Below the pieces are notes generated by a model. It did no database searches. It was not told where the DNA came from and saw nothing but the letters and a program-made list of their open reading frames with translations. Both the position numbers and the translations under genes were made by a program. From Octopus bimaculoides (taxonomy: Eukaryota), in the NCBI RefSeq assembly GCF_001194135.2, contig NC_069003.1, forward strand, positions 19,014,488 to 19,078,487: 64,000 bases of DNA. The letters are read 5' to 3'. Positions 1-64,000 of this stretch are shown one piece after another; position 1 is the stretch's first letter; each line of letters begins with the position of its first letter.

Positions 1-639
1 TATATATATATATATATTAGAGAGTAGAGAATATATATATTTATGAGTGTAGTATATAATATATATATTATATAGTGTAATGTGTGTGTTTGTCTAGAGT
101 GTAAAATATATATTATAGGCTACTGAGAACTCTGTAATGTTATGGGATACACATTAACTTCTCTGGCGTTGGTGTTATTGTTAATCTATCCAGGGCACTC
201 TGTAAAAGGAGCTTGTGAGCAAGCAGCATGTTAGGGTCAGGAAGATTTTTTTTTTTAAGTTGAGAACATGACTACCTCTCTAGTGCTGGTGCTGCAATAA
301 AATGCATCCAGTACAATTTGTAAAGGAGTTAGGAAGGGCAACAGGCTGTAGAAACCAACCCCAAAATGAAGCGATAATAAAAAAAGACAGGTATTTAATT
401 TCTAGAACATTGATTCAAGATCATTAATTATATGCCATATGATAAATCTGGATCACAAGTAATTATGACGTGGTAGCATGTACCATGCTTTCACTAATTG
501 CTATAGGTGCCTCTGAAATCACCAGGTGAACATATACACCATCACAACCCTATCTAACTTGATGCTGCAGACCCAGGATATGATAGCTAAAGGGAAAGAG
601 GGCTATCACCAGCACTCAGTTGGTACTCATTTTTTAGCC

Positions 640-1165
640 AAGTAAAGAAATTGTAAAGAAAACATTTGAAAACATGTGAAACATTTTAACATGAAAGAAT
701 ATACATATAGACACAAGAAAAAGATTGTGCAAATGTTACATGTGGTCCATACTATCATCTGGTGTAGAAACATGGACTTTGACAAAAACTTTATCTGACA
801 AACTAAATGCTTTTGAAATGTGGACTTATTGAATATCTTGAACAAAACATAAAACTGATGAAGAAGTACTACAACTAACAAATACTAAAAAGATCGCTAC
901 TGTCAACTATTAAAGAAAGGAAGCTAAAGTTATTTTGCTCACATACTAAAGAGCACAAGATATACAAAAGTTGTTACGAGAACGAAAGATAAATAGCAAA
1001 CACTCACAAGGAAGACTTGTAGAACAAACTAGTATGATATCACAAAGGATGTCTGGACTAAACAGTCATATGGTGAATGTGTAAGAATGGCTGAGAAAAG
1101 AGCCAAATGGTGATCCTTGATGTTGAACCTGCTGAGAGCAGATGACATCTAAGGATGATGAAAGA
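640..1165 (+). mobile_element. Decayed RTE-clade LINE, 3-prime part of ORF2
   Basis: Frameshifted translation CYMWSILSSGVETWTLTKTLSDKLNAFEMW...IKERKLK...GECVRMAEKRAKW resembles the C-terminus of RTE LINE proteins; many stops. Confidence 0.75.
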
Positions 1166-1339
1166 CTGGAACAATGAGAAAAGAGGTAACTTGCTTAAGG
1201 AAAACCCACTACCCAGTTCAGAAACCAAACCCACTATCTTACGATAGTGAGCTCCAACTCTCTCACCACTAGGCTATGAACGTTCCCATTAATTTCTGAA
1301 TGAAATCATTAATCATAAATGTATGTCTGTTAATTTTAG

Positions 1340-63245
<61,906 letters not shown>

Positions 63246-64000
63246 GTGAGTTATAGTTATTATTGGTGTTGTTATTGATGTTTTTGTTGTTTCACCCCAG
63301 GTCAGAGTTGATTGGTGCAGACCCATGACCAAAGCCATTTCAGCTGTCACATCACCAATACTTCATATTGTTCTAAGACCATGGCAAAGTTTTTCCCAAG
63401 AATGTTTTCTGCAGGAAGAACATATAGCTCAGTGCTGGTTACCAGGTTAAGTTACCTGCACATATCTATAAAATCTGCATCAACGTATCTTGTCTGACCC
63501 ATCCAACCATAGAAAAGAAAATCAATCAGTGTGGTATGTTACCTGGTTACTCTAGCAGACTCACTCACAAGTGATAACTGATCCTTGTTAATAATCTGAA
63601 GTAGATTGATAATGGAATTAATTTGTAATTTAAATGAGTCTACTTTGAGCCAATGGGTCTCTGAGACCAAAACTTATTCAGGTTTCTGAGGTGTTTTGAG
63701 GCAACGGGAAATTTAAGATTCCTCTCCAGTTATGACACTAATTCATTGCAGGGTTCACCATCTTCCCATCTACCACTGCTATTCATTTTCTGCTGTGTGG
63801 ACTGGAGCAATAAAGTGACAAGAAATGTCTTACTCAAGGACATGGTGTGTTATCTAATTCAAAAATTGAACCAATGATCTGATGATTCATGAGCTCAACA
63901 TGCTAACCACATGATTGAGTGCCTTCACTTGTAATTTACTACTACTACTACAACTAATAATAATAATAATAACAATAATGGACTCTCCTGTCGAAGATGA

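Overview
AT-rich, repeat-dense eukaryotic genomic DNA with several N gaps. The SINE/RTE repertoire and microsatellite load look like a coleoid cephalopod, probably Octopus; this is inferred from recalled repeat sequences, not from a search. There are no prokaryotic features. The window holds an internal, + strand portion of one large gene, an LRP1/LRP1B-type LDL-receptor-related protein. I reconstructed 31 exons between 1340 and 63245 that splice into one continuous frame of 5277 nt (about 1759 codons); ten of them are absent from, or in the wrong frame in, the ORF track. Domain order: end of a YWTD propeller, EGF, ligand-binding cluster III (8 LDLa repeats visible), EGF, cbEGF, YWTD propeller, EGF, cluster IV (11 LDLa), EGF, cbEGF, last YWTD propeller. 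Introns contain RTE, R4/Dong and Penelope retroelement fragments, a mariner, a MULE derivative, Helitron-like elements, MITEs and at least three tRNA-SINE families. Best leads: (1) a tandemly duplicated, frame-symmetric two-LDLa exon in a cluster III that is shorter than in vertebrates; (2) an intact exon with no AG acceptor, only a frame-preserving TG; (3) two long intronic hairpins flanking the first duplicated exon, one with a degenerate hammerhead-like motif; (4) a recurrent (TAA)n-centred nesting of SINEs, an unclassified ~530-bp element and R4/Dong retrotransposons; (5) a non-consensus site where vertebrate LRP1 is cut by furin. I see no firm evidence of a wholly new biological system; these are testable leads.
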